This document shows, one piece after another, positions 6,792 through 13,525 of a DNA stretch of 16,206 nt (within the stretch, counting starts at the first letter, position 1; each line of letters begins with the position of its first letter). A program made the translations under genes and the position numbers. Under the pieces are notes generated by a model that saw only the letters and a program-made list of their open reading frames with translations, ran no database searches and was not told the DNA's origin. Source of the DNA: a virus; IMG/VR virus record IMGVR_UViG_3300025312_000019; one strand, given 5' to 3'.

Positions 6792-8168
6792 TTATGCCGA
6801 TGGTACGTTCTTTGTCAAATCGGGTGCCGGTGGAACCTGGGCCCAGTCCCTAGCTTCTTGTAGGGCCTCCTGGTAACGGGCGTCGGGGTCGTGCTCCCCT
6901 AGCCGTGACATGGATGTCTTACGGGTGCTGAGTCCGGCGGCGATCTGGGCGCTTTCGTTTCTGATCTCGGCAGCGCGGTCGTAGATGGAGGGAGCGGCCC
7001 AGGCTATGGTGACGCGTCCGGTGGTGGCGTGGGTGGTGTCGTGGTGCTGGTCGTATATCTGGAGGGCGAGCAGTGCCCGGCGCTTGTAGGCGTCGGTGCG
7101 GATGAGGCGCTTGCGCTCGCATTTTTGCAATAACGGCTGAAGCTGCACCTGTAGGGCAATGCCCGACAGGTCGCGTTCGGTGGACCCGAAAGCTGTTCGG
7201 GGTGTCTCCGTGACGGCGTAGAGGGTTTCCAGGAGGGATTCGAGATAGTCAATATGGAGGCGGACACCTCCTCCGCTGAGTAGGTCTAGCAGGTAGGCCT
7301 TGGCTTTCTCCGGGAGATCCCATACTGCCCCAGGCTCGGCCTGGATGTCGCTGGCCTGTTCTACGTTCTCCAGTACGGTGATGGGGGAGCCGGAAAGTTC
7401 CAGGATGGCGGAGATGCGGGAGAGCTGGGCGTTGATCTGCTTAGCGGGCTCCTTGGCCTGTTCAAGGTCAGAGATTCCGTGCCACTGTTTAGGGACGGAC
7501 AGGTTGGGGTAGATGATGATGGGGATGGCGTTGTATGGGTTGACGCTGGTGGCCACTCGTACTTTGTCGACCCAGATGTCCAGGGTGGTGTCCGTCCAAT
7601 CCTCGATGACCTGGGCGGGGTCTCTCAGGGGCTGGTAGTTCCATAGGGCGCGGATGTCGGCGGCGCTGAGTTGGTAGGTGTGGGCGATCTGGCGGGCGCG
7701 GTCAAAGCGGGCGGGATGGGGCCAGACGTAGAGGCCCTGCATGTCGGGGGCGGTGATGGTGACGCGCTCTTCGTTGGGATTCCAGAGGACCTTGAACGCG
7801 CCGTCGCCCAAGACGGCGGTGTCGATCTCGTTGTCGAAGTCCAGGCGGGGGAGGTTGTTCTCGTCGCTGATCTGGGTCAGGACCTCTTCGGCCTTGGCTG
7901 CGGCCTCGATGTGCTCTGGGCTTTCGCTCAGGGGTTCAACGCCGATGGTTAGGCCGGCCATGACGTAGGAGCTTAGCTTGTTGATTAGGGTGGCGGCGTA
8001 GTTGAAGGTGAGTTGAGGGAGGGTGCGTGGGCGGCGGCGCTGGGGCCGGTCCCACTGTTGGCCTCCGTAGAAGTCCAGGTTGCTCTTGTAGGCGGTGAGC
8101 CGCGGGCGGTCTCGGTTGGCGATGCGCTGGGGAAGGGGGATAGATTCGTCGTCGGTGTTCATGTTCAT
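6792..8168 (-). CDS. Portal protein (458 aa)
   Basis: The start is set at ATG 8168 (MNMNTDDES...), preceded by AAGGAG at 7 nt; the terminase stop TAA lies inside that spacer. The portal-like motif NLDFYGGQQWD is present. The gene follows the terminase gene. Confidence 0.88.
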   Translation of the reverse strand: MNMNTDDESIPLPQRIANRDRPRLTAYKSNLDFYGGQQWDRPQRRRPRTLPQLTFNYAATLINKLSSYVMAGLTIGVEPLSESPEHIEAAAKAEEVLTQISDENNLPRLDFDNEIDTAVLGDGAFKVLWNPNEERVTITAPDMQGLYVWPHPARFDRARQIAHTYQLSAADIRALWNYQPLRDPAQVIEDWTDTTLDIWVDKVRVATSVNPYNAIPIIIYPNLSVPKQWHGISDLEQAKEPAKQINAQLSRISAILELSGSPITVLENVEQASDIQAEPGAVWDLPEKAKAYLLDLLSGGGVRLHIDYLESLLETLYAVTETPRTAFGSTERDLSGIALQVQLQPLLQKCERKRLIRTDAYKRRALLALQIYDQHHDTTHATTGRVTIAWAAPSIYDRAAEIRNESAQIAAGLSTRKTSMSRLGEHDPDARYQEALQEARDWAQVPPAPDLTKNVPSA

Positions 8169-8172
8169 GCGC

Positions 8173-9531
8173 TTACTCCTTTGTCTGGATTCTAGCACGG
8201 GCAAGGCGTGGGGCGGGCGCTTCCTGCGCGGCGCGGTTGCAGAGGGCGACGCTGACGGCGTAGTCGTCGTGGCCCTCCGCCTCGGGTACGGCCCAGGCGA
8301 CCATGCGGTTGGGTTTGTAGGTCGCTCGGCACTGGCGAAGCTGGAATACCACTTTCTGGTATTCCAGTGTTTGGTCGTTGGCCCATATCTTCAGCCGGCC
8401 GGTGGTGGCGGCGGCCTGGAGGTCGTAGCCTAGCTGGGACTTGCTGGACTCGGTGAAGCGGACGGGGATAAGGGCGCCGCTGGGCAGGACCTGTTCTAGA
8501 TAGAGGGTCAGGGCCTCGCCTAGAGTCGTGCTGTCTACGGCCACACGGCGAACGTGCCAGGTCTCGCGCAGGAGCTGGGCGATAAGGGGGTAGAGGTCGG
8601 CGTGGGAGGTGCCTTGCCATTCGTAGGCCTGGACGATGTGCGCTGTGGGCGGCTGGCGGGGCTTCTCCCACATGACGCGGGCGATGGTCAGGACGGTGGA
8701 ATCTCGGCCCTTCAGTGTTGTGGCGGCGGTGTCCTCTCCGGCTACGTCGATTCCGGCGACGTAGGACTGTTCGGCCTGGGGCATGTCCTGGCGTGGGTAG
8801 TCGCCCTGGAGGGCGGCGAGTTGGGCGGGGGAGAGTAGGCGTCCGGTGCCCGGTAGGGTTTGGAGCTCGTACTGCGTCAAAAAGAGGGGGTGATTTGCCC
8901 CTAGCCGGTCGCGTTCGGTCTGGACGTATCGGGCGTAGGCGGGGTTGTGCTCGGCGGCGACTGTCCAGGGGACAAGGAACACGCGGCGTAGGCCGTCCTT
9001 GCGCTGGGCCTCCTCCCCGGCGGCGATGGCTTGGGCGAGTAGGCTGTCGTCCGTCCAGGGGGTGCCGTAGTAGACGGTGGTGGCGTTGGTGGTAGAGGCC
9101 ATGGGGCGGAAGTCCTTGTTCCACTTGTCGGGGTTGATATCCTGGGCCTCGTCCGCCTCCAGGAGAATGTCGGCGGTGGCCCCGACTACGTGGGATTCAG
9201 GGGCGGCGCTGTGGAAGGCCCAGCGGGCGCGGCCAAGGTAGATGTACGGATCCCGCGCCCGCCAGATGGCGCCCATGCCCTGGTCGTTCAGGGTGGCGGT
9301 GAGCCGGTCGCGGGATATCTGCACCTGGGGTACGGCCGTGGGCGCAGCCTTGATGCCGGTGCCGCCCCTGGCGTAGTTCAGGGTGAGTAGGGCGGTCTCG
9401 ATCTGGGCGCTGGTTTCGTTCTTCCCCGCCTGGCGGGCCATCATCACGGCGATAGAGTGGCCGAGGCCGTAGACGGCGCTGTGGAGAGCGGCCTTATAGA
9501 CCTGGGCCTGGTAGGGGCGGAGGGTGATCAC
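8173..9531 (-). CDS. terL: Terminase large subunit (452 aa)
   Basis: GTG 9531 overlaps the upstream stop (GTGA). Walker A-like ARQAGKNETS, Walker B-like ILLEADEAQDI and the nuclease-domain motif VAGIDVAGED are present. The track ORF start at 9648 overlaps the zinc-ribbon gene and looks like an artefactual extension. Confidence 0.9.
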   Translation of the reverse strand: MITLRPYQAQVYKAALHSAVYGLGHSIAVMMARQAGKNETSAQIETALLTLNYARGGTGIKAAPTAVPQVQISRDRLTATLNDQGMGAIWRARDPYIYLGRARWAFHSAAPESHVVGATADILLEADEAQDINPDKWNKDFRPMASTTNATTVYYGTPWTDDSLLAQAIAAGEEAQRKDGLRRVFLVPWTVAAEHNPAYARYVQTERDRLGANHPLFLTQYELQTLPGTGRLLSPAQLAALQGDYPRQDMPQAEQSYVAGIDVAGEDTAATTLKGRDSTVLTIARVMWEKPRQPPTAHIVQAYEWQGTSHADLYPLIAQLLRETWHVRRVAVDSTTLGEALTLYLEQVLPSGALIPVRFTESSKSQLGYDLQAAATTGRLKIWANDQTLEYQKVVFQLRQCRATYKPNRMVAWAVPEAEGHDDYAVSVALCNRAAQEAPAPRLARARIQTKE

Positions 9532-9713
9532 CGGCGGCTCCGGGCCTGGTGGTGTCCGTAGCGGGGGCGCTTGCCCCGCGGTGCTGCTTGGAGCTTGCCT
9601 TCGGGGTCGTAGGAGTCGATCGGTTCCGTCCAGCCACAGTTGACGCACTCACGATAGGCGCCGTGCCGGTCCTGGTTGATCATGACGAAGCCGCTGCAGC
9701 GGGGACAGGTCAT
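9528..9713 (-). CDS. 61-aa zinc-ribbon protein directly upstream of terL (possible DNA-recognition / small-terminase role)
   Basis: MTCPRCSGF...ECVNCGW has a CxxC-17-CxxC pattern and a basic tail. It has an ATGA overlap upstream and a GTGA overlap with terL. The function is inferred from position only. Confidence 0.6.
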   Translation of the reverse strand: MTCPRCSGFVMINQDRHGAYRECVNCGWTEPIDSYDPEGKLQAAPRGKRPRYGHHQARSRR

Positions 9714-9856
9714 GCGGCGATCTCCTGGCGCGTGAGAAGGTAGAGAAGGAAGCGGAGGCCGAAATGGTCAAGGCGGCGTAGTCGGCGGTGACGGGCGCGT
9801 TTCTTGGTCTTGCCTGGCCGCCGGTTGTGGCCGTCGTAGGGGGGCTTGTCGTTCAT
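9710..9856 (-). CDS. Hypothetical 48-aa basic protein (MNDKPPYDGHNRRPGKTKKRARHRRLRRLDHFGLRFLLYLLTRQEIAA)
   Basis: Found by hand; it is below the track cutoff. It has ATGA overlaps at both ends and high GC3. The C-terminus resembles the first helix of a sigma-r4/LuxR-type helix-turn-helix (HTH). Confidence 0.5.
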   Translation of the reverse strand: MNDKPPYDGHNRRPGKTKKRARHRRLRRLDHFGLRFLLYLLTRQEIAA

Positions 9857-10083
9857 GGGGCCTCAAAGAGGGGGAGTTGTTGGGGGTCCTCCTGGGTGGT
9901 GAAGGTGACGGCGACGGTGCGGGTGGTTTGCCGGGCGAATGTGGCGAAGTCGTCGACCCAGGTGAGACGGAGGCGAACGTCCAGGTAAGGTCCGGCCTTG
10001 TCGTGCTTGAGGCTGACGGTTTCTACAGAACCGCGGGCGAGTGTGTCGTGGGATGGGCGGTCGGTTAGCGATTGGTCTGGCAT
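9853..10083 (-). CDS. Hypothetical protein (76 aa)
   Basis: ATG 10083 is preceded by GGAG at 5 nt. It begins MPDQSLTDRPSHDTLARGSVETVSLKHDK... The longer track ORF start lies inside the DUF3850 gene. Confidence 0.55.
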   Translation of the reverse strand: MPDQSLTDRPSHDTLARGSVETVSLKHDKAGPYLDVRLRLTWVDDFATFARQTTRTVAVTFTTQEDPQQLPLFEAP

Positions 10084-10337
10084 GGTGGCTCCAGTCTGAC
10101 TGCTCGGATGCTTAGTGCAACGAAGTCCTTGCGTAGTCCGGGTTCCGTGTCGATGTAGGTCACTTGGGCGAGTTGGCTTAATCCGCTGTACGTTGCGGGG
10201 CCTGGGTCCCACTCGCGCAGAAGTAACAGGTCGCCGACTTGAAAGTTGCGGTCGTTGCGCCGCACTTCGACAGTTTTCTTACCTTTCAAGAGGGCGTAGT
10301 AAGGGACCGGCCAAGTCTTCAGTTCATGTATGTTCAT
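10065..10337 (-). CDS. DUF3850 / ASCH-like (PUA-fold) domain protein (90 aa)
   Basis: HELKTWPVPYYALLKGKKTVEVRRNDRNFQVGDLLLLREWDP...QVTYI matches the characteristic DUF3850 pattern (ELKxWP...G.K..E.R.NDR.FqvGD.l.L.E). AAAGGAG lies upstream of ATG 10337. Confidence 0.8.
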   Translation of the reverse strand: MNIHELKTWPVPYYALLKGKKTVEVRRNDRNFQVGDLLLLREWDPGPATYSGLSQLAQVTYIDTEPGLRKDFVALSIRAVRLEPPCQTNR

Positions 10338-10524
10338 TTTGATTCTCCTTTCGGAGGGGGTAGATGTCTGCGAAGGCGAGCTGGGCGGTGGTGGTCTTGG
10401 CCCAGCGGACGGCCTGGTGGCGCTGGTGGGCGCGGGCTAGGTAGCGGAAGAGGGCGCGGCGCTTTGGCCGCTCGGCGATGCGGCCTGCTTGCTGCCAGAT
10501 GGCGCGGTAGGTGGAGAGGCTCAT
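10324..10524 (-). CDS. Hypothetical basic protein (66 aa)
   Basis: ATG 10524 has an ATGA overlap with the upstream stop. GC3 is high. It begins MSLSTYRAIWQQAGRIAERPKRRALFRYLARAHQRH... Confidence 0.55.
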   Translation of the reverse strand: MSLSTYRAIWQQAGRIAERPKRRALFRYLARAHQRHQAVRWAKTTTAQLAFADIYPLRKENQNEHT

Positions 10525-10655
10525 GGCGTCCCCCAGACGCCGGAGGTGATCCAGCCGTAGGCGGCGACGCCTAGAAGTGTCAGGAGGAGGAGGAGGTACG
10601 GCCAGGCCCACGCCTTGTCTTCTTCCGGGGTCAGCCGGGTGCGTCGGGGTCTCAT
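10521..10655 (-). CDS. 44-aa single-pass membrane protein
   Basis: ATG 10655 has an ATGA overlap. It has a TM segment: MRPRRTRLTPEEDKAWAWPYLLLLLTLLGVAAYGWITSGVWGTP. Confidence 0.55.
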   Translation of the reverse strand: MRPRRTRLTPEEDKAWAWPYLLLLLTLLGVAAYGWITSGVWGTP

Positions 10656-10873
10656 GACGTGGCCCAGTCGCGGACGGTGCGGAGTTGCTCGATGGCTTCT
10701 CGGGTGCGGGTCTCGACTGCCTCGAGCTCGGCGGCGGCCTGGAGGTATTTCTGCCTGCGTTCTTGGACGCGGCGGAGGAGGGCGTGGCCGGCGGCCAGCC
10801 ACTCGTTAAGGGCGTCGCCTAGGGCGGTGTCGGTGGGCTCGTGGCCGTTGTGGTTGTCGCTGGGGGTGGTCAT
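10652..10873 (-). CDS. Hypothetical coiled-coil protein (73 aa)
   Basis: ATG 10873 has an ATGA overlap with the upstream stop. It has a helical heptad-like sequence: LNEWLAAGHALLRRVQERRQKYLQAAAELEAVETRTREAIEQLRTV. Confidence 0.6.
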   Translation of the reverse strand: MTTPSDNHNGHEPTDTALGDALNEWLAAGHALLRRVQERRQKYLQAAAELEAVETRTREAIEQLRTVRDWATS

Positions 10874-11442
10874 AGTAGTTGTTCCTTTCTCTGGCTGGTG
10901 GAGGTCCAGCCGCAATACGGGCAGGTTAGGAAGGGACCCACGTCCGCGATCTCCTCGTGGAAGAGGGTGCGTATCAGGCCAGCGGGGGACCGGATGGCTT
11001 TGTACTGGTTTGGGGTGAGCTCGTCCAGGTAGTCCAGGATGGCGGCTAGGGCGGGCGCCGCTGGGCTGTGGCGGAAGGCGAAGGCGTGGGCACCGAAAAA
11101 CCCGTGGGCCTGGAGACGGGCTGAGAGTCCGGCCAGGATGGTGTTTGATTGAACGTCTTGTTGTGTTGTGTGAGTGGTAGGCGCTCCTTTCTGCTTGAAG
11201 GGTAGTAGGGTTATTGGCTTGGCTGGGCCCCGGATGGCGTCCAGCAGGTCGAGGCGGCGTTTGATTGTCCGGTTGGTGCTGCGTAGGTACTTGATGGCTT
11301 CGGGCCGGAGGGCTGCGGGTAGGGAGCCGATGATCTTGGCCAGCACAGGGTCGGCGCTGCGGCGTCCGTGCTGGAGGGCGTTGCGGTTGCCTTTGGGGGC
11401 ACCGGCTCCTGGCCTCTTGCCGCCTCGGTTGCCCTTAGTCAA
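10870..11442 (-). CDS. GNxNAxxHG-motif protein (about 190 aa from TTG 11442), C-terminal CPYCGW motif. Possible DNA-binding, replication or packaging role.
   Basis: This is the 3' part of the 364-codon frame, where GC3 is high again. The candidate TTG start overlaps the stop of the 74-aa ORF (cTTGACTAA). The basic N-terminus plus KGNRNALQHG parallels the 113-aa protein at 15427..15768. Confidence 0.55.
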   Translation of the reverse strand: MTKGNRGGKRPGAGAPKGNRNALQHGRRSADPVLAKIIGSLPAALRPEAIKYLRSTNRTIKRRLDLLDAIRGPAKPITLLPFKQKGAPTTHTTQQDVQSNTILAGLSARLQAHGFFGAHAFAFRHSPAAPALAAILDYLDELTPNQYKAIRSPAGLIRTLFHEEIADVGPFLTCPYCGWTSTSQRKEQLL

Positions 11443-11659
11443 GGGAGCCTCGCAGGAACTGGTCGCCGGTGGGCCGTCGCTTCCGCTGTCCCGCGTTGCG
11501 TCGGGCGGCTTGCTTGGTGGCGACCTGGAGGCGGTAGCGGGTGATGGCGTTAAGGGTGGCGGCGGAGGGTCGCCCAAAGGCGGCGAAGGGGGACCCGGGT
11601 GTGTACGCCAGAAGCGAGAGCTGCCGGGGGTCCGGGTCAGGCCGGTGGTGGGTTGCCAT
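11435..11659 (-). CDS. Hypothetical 74-aa protein, embedded out of frame in the 364-codon ORF
   Basis: AGGAGG lies 7 nt before ATG 11659, with an in-frame TAG immediately upstream. GC3 is clearly higher in this frame than in the overlapping long frame, which here uses TTA, CCT, CCA and TCA. Confidence 0.6.
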   Translation of the reverse strand: MATHHRPDPDPRQLSLLAYTPGSPFAAFGRPSAATLNAITRYRLQVATKQAARRNAGQRKRRPTGDQFLRGSLD

Positions 11660-11964
11660 CTAGCAACCTCCTGCCCGTGGGAGTCTTCGACGTAGAGGTG
11701 ATCCCAGCACCAGAAGAGGACCCGGTGGCCGGGGTTCTTCTGAGCGTGCTCTCGGATGTGGATGTTTAGGCGGAGTGGCTTGAACGGCGGTAGGTGGCGG
11801 CCGTTGGGGCAGTCTATACAGACCTGGCGTCCAAAGCAGGTGTCTGTTGTGGCCCAGTGGGCGCGATCGGGCAGGCCGGCGGCGCGACGCAGGATGTCGT
11901 CTGCGGTGGGCGTGGTGGGCCTCCTTCGGGGGGGCTGATGCCCACCAGGGTACGGAACAATCAA
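11660..11964 (-). CDS. Cys/His-rich N-terminal module (about 100 codons) of the 364-codon frame; start and 3' end unresolved
   Basis: GC3 is high and the sequence is protein-like: ADDILRRAAGLPDRAHWATTDTCFGRQVCIDCPNGRHLPPFKPLRLNIHIREHAQKNPGHRVLFWCWDHLYVED. The frame has no stop before 10870. The TTG at 11964 lacks an SD, and an internal GAAGGAGG has no canonical start after it. Confidence 0.4.
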
Positions 11965-12110
11965 ACGGAGGATAGAGGGGAAGGGTGGATAGGGGGTTAA
12001 GGGACTCTATATGTTCTGTCAAGTTCTCCTCGCTCTCCCTCCACGGGCTGGGGGCCTCCGAGGTGGAGGCTCTCGGTGGCGCCCCAGCGAGCAGGAGCTC
12101 GTATAGGACG

Positions 12111-12139
12111 TTTGTACGCCTTGCTTGGGTGGATGTCAA
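12111..12139 (-). promoter_or_regulatory. Sigma70-like promoter for the leftward operon: TTGACA-17 nt-TACAAA
   Basis: On the minus strand, TTGACA lies at 12139..12134 and TACAAA at 12116..12111, with a 17-nt spacer. It sits about 150 nt upstream of the first leftward ORF. Confidence 0.35.
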
Positions 12140-12154
12140 GGGCCTTATGTCGTC

Positions 12155-12183
12155 TTGACGGAGGGAGTTCTGGGGTCTAGGAT
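12155..12183 (+). promoter_or_regulatory. Sigma70-like promoter on the plus strand: TTGACG-17 nt-TAGGAT, back to back with the leftward promoter
   Basis: TTGACG lies at 12155..12160 and TAGGAT at 12178..12183, with a 17-nt spacer. The GTG of the plus-strand ORF begins 7 nt after the -10 element. Confidence 0.3.
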
Positions 12184-12189
12184 GCGGGC

Positions 12190-12363
12190 GTGTTGGAGAC
12201 GTTGGAGTCCTCGCTTCCCTTCGTTGTTCCGGCCCTGATGGGTTTGGCGGCGTTGTTCTTGGCTGCTCCGGTGGATCGGTGGTGGGAGCGGTTCTCGGAC
12301 TGGCTGGAGGGCCGACGGGGGCCTCCGGCCGGACCGGAGGGCCCCCGTGACGTGGCCGGTTAG
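12190..12363 (+). CDS. 57-aa small membrane protein, the only plausible plus-strand ORF; possibly leaderless
   Basis: Hand translation from GTG 12190: VLETLESSLPFVVPALMGLAALFLAAPVDRWWERFSDWLEGRRGPPAGPEGPRDVAG, then a stop. GC3 is about 80% and there is one TM helix. It is below the track length cutoff. Its stop overlaps the stop of the convergent 71-aa ORF. Confidence 0.35.
   Translation: MLETLESSLPFVVPALMGLAALFLAAPVDRWWERFSDWLEGRRGPPAGPEGPRDVAG
12317..12346. terminator. GC-rich hairpin between convergent ORFs (possible bidirectional terminator; no U-tract)
   Basis: GGGGGCCTCCGG (12317..12328) pairs with CCGGAGGGCCCCC (12334..12346). This gives 12 bp with a 1-nt bulge and a 5-nt loop. Confidence 0.35.
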
Positions 12364-12575
12364 GGCCTTATCCTGGCCGAGAGGCTGGTGAGTCGCCAGC
12401 CTTGGGGCGGCGAGACGATGCTCCGGCGGAGTGCGAGTTTAGCTTGCTGGGCTGTCTCGCACGTTATGTCAGCTTTCACCTCCTTGATATCTCCGGTGGT
12501 GTGTTCGAAGATGGCTGTCACGCGCCACGTTCGAGCGCCCATCTGGAAGCCGCTTGGCGCCAGGTAGAGTTTCAT
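12360..12575 (-). CDS. Hypothetical protein (71 aa)
   Basis: ATG 12575 has an ATGA overlap with the upstream stop. GC3 is moderate. No motif was recognised. Confidence 0.55.
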   Translation of the reverse strand: MKLYLAPSGFQMGARTWRVTAIFEHTTGDIKEVKADITCETAQQAKLALRRSIVSPPQGWRLTSLSARIRP

Positions 12576-12763
12576 GCGTGGTTCTCTCCGTTGTACCTGT
12601 GGCGGAGCTCCTGGTCGATGGTGTGCTGTCGGGTTAGGACGTCCTGGTCGGGCTCGTCGTCGTCATAGTAGAGCTTGATAACCCAACCGTAGGTGCCATC
12701 TTTGTAGCGGCTGAGCTCTACGCTGCTGCGTCCGGCGGCGATCACTGGGGTTTCTGTGGTCAT
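12572..12763 (-). CDS. Hypothetical acidic protein (63 aa)
   Basis: ATG 12763 is preceded by GGAAGGGG. It begins MTTETPVIAAGRSSVELSRYKDGTYGWVIKLYYDDDEPDQD... The track's longer N-terminus is intergenic. Confidence 0.6.
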   Translation of the reverse strand: MTTETPVIAAGRSSVELSRYKDGTYGWVIKLYYDDDEPDQDVLTRQHTIDQELRHRYNGENHA

Positions 12764-12778
12764 GGTGGTTTCCCCTTC

Positions 12779-12810
12779 CGGGGCCGCCGGACCTGCGCTC
12801 GGCGGCCCCG
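12779..12810 (-). promoter_or_regulatory. Intercistronic 11-bp perfect stem-loop
   Basis: CGGGGCCGCCG (12779..12789) pairs with CGGCGGCCCCG (12800..12810), with a 10-nt loop. It lies between the 119-aa and 63-aa ORFs. Confidence 0.4.
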
Positions 12811-12822
12811 ACTTGTGGCCGG

Positions 12823-13182
12823 CTATCCGGCCTTGACCTTGTTCTGGCAGTATTCGTTGGTCTCGTCCTTCTGCGGGCAGTACCAGCCTCCCCACTTGGA
12901 GGGGGTCATGGGGCCGTGTTCTGGGCAGTTTGGCGCGCCGTTCGTCTTGCCGTTGGGGGTGGGCCTGGACGCCTTGGCTGGGGCCGGTGTGGGCCTGGCC
13001 TGCGGCGCTGGTGCTGGCGTGGGCTGCGTGCCGGGCAGAAAGCCGGCTTCGGGAAAGAGGCGGTGGGCCTCGGATAGGTGCTTCTCAAACTCCTCAACGG
13101 TGTGGGCTCGGACCGATAGCAGTATCTCCGAGCCGGTCCCGCTGACGTACTTGGCGTTGACGCTGAACGGGTGGTCTGACAT
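12823..13182 (-). CDS. 119-aa protein with a Pro/Thr/Ala linker and a C-terminal zinc-ribbon (CPEHG...WYCPQK...YC, topoisomerase-type C4-like)
   Basis: AAAGGAG lies before ATG 13182. It begins MSDHPFSVNAKYVSGTGSEILLSVRAHTVEEFEKHL... and ends ...NCPEHGPMTPSKWGGWYCPQKDETNEYCQNK. Confidence 0.65.
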   Translation of the reverse strand: MSDHPFSVNAKYVSGTGSEILLSVRAHTVEEFEKHLSEAHRLFPEAGFLPGTQPTPAPAPQARPTPAPAKASRPTPNGKTNGAPNCPEHGPMTPSKWGGWYCPQKDETNEYCQNKVKAG

Positions 13183-13193
13183 GGTTCTCCTTT

Positions 13194-13331
13194 CTAGGGG
13201 CAGTCCTGGAGGTCTGAGCCGACGGCGATAGCGGTTTCTCGGTCTTGACAAGGGTCAAAGTCTGTCCAGGGGTTGCCCGAGACTAGGGCTAGGGCTGTTA
13301 TCAGTAGACAGAGGATGCCCCGCCGGATCAT
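13194..13331 (-). CDS. 45-aa secreted mini-protein with an N-terminal signal-peptide-like segment
   Basis: Found by hand. ATG 13331 has an ATGA overlap and GGAGG lies 6 nt upstream. Sequence: MIRRGILCLLITALALVSGNPWTDFDPCQDRETAIAVGSDLQDCP. Confidence 0.5.
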   Translation of the reverse strand: MIRRGILCLLITALALVSGNPWTDFDPCQDRETAIAVGSDLQDCP

Positions 13332-13525
13332 TTCTCACCTCCTTTCACGTCTGACTCGAACCGCTTTTCAATGGCTTCTACGAGGGGTTTGACGAAGTCC
13401 CAACAGTAGTCACACCAGCCGAAACCGCCGTAGCAGTGCGTGCTGGGCTGGCCACAAGTGCAAAAGGTTACGTCTACCGCCTTCAAGAGCGCGGGCGGGA
13501 ATACCTCGCGGATGTTCTTCTTCAC
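13328..13525 (-). CDS. 65-aa Cys-rich (likely metal-binding) protein
   Basis: GTG 13525 is preceded by GGGAGGTG at 7 nt and overlaps the upstream stop (GTGA). Sequence: VKKNIREVFPPALLKAVDVTFCTCGQPSTHCYGGFGWCDYCWDFVKPLVEAIEKRFESDVKGGEK. Confidence 0.6.
   Translation of the reverse strand: MKKNIREVFPPALLKAVDVTFCTCGQPSTHCYGGFGWCDYCWDFVKPLVEAIEKRFESDVKGGEK

Noticed and set aside
9532-9648. The N-terminal extension of terL in the track (start 9648), and likewise of the portal gene (8169..8204).
   Set aside because: The terL extension overlaps the zinc-ribbon ORF and has poor sequence character, while GTG 9531 gives a canonical GTGA coupling. For the portal gene, ATG 8168 has a well-spaced AAGGAG, while 8204 lies inside terL.
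11994-12022. A second leftward promoter, TTGACA at 12022..12017.
   Set aside because: The hexamers at 16-17 nt spacing (TTAACC / TAACCC) are poor -10 elements, and the nearby TATAGA is only 5 nt from the -35.
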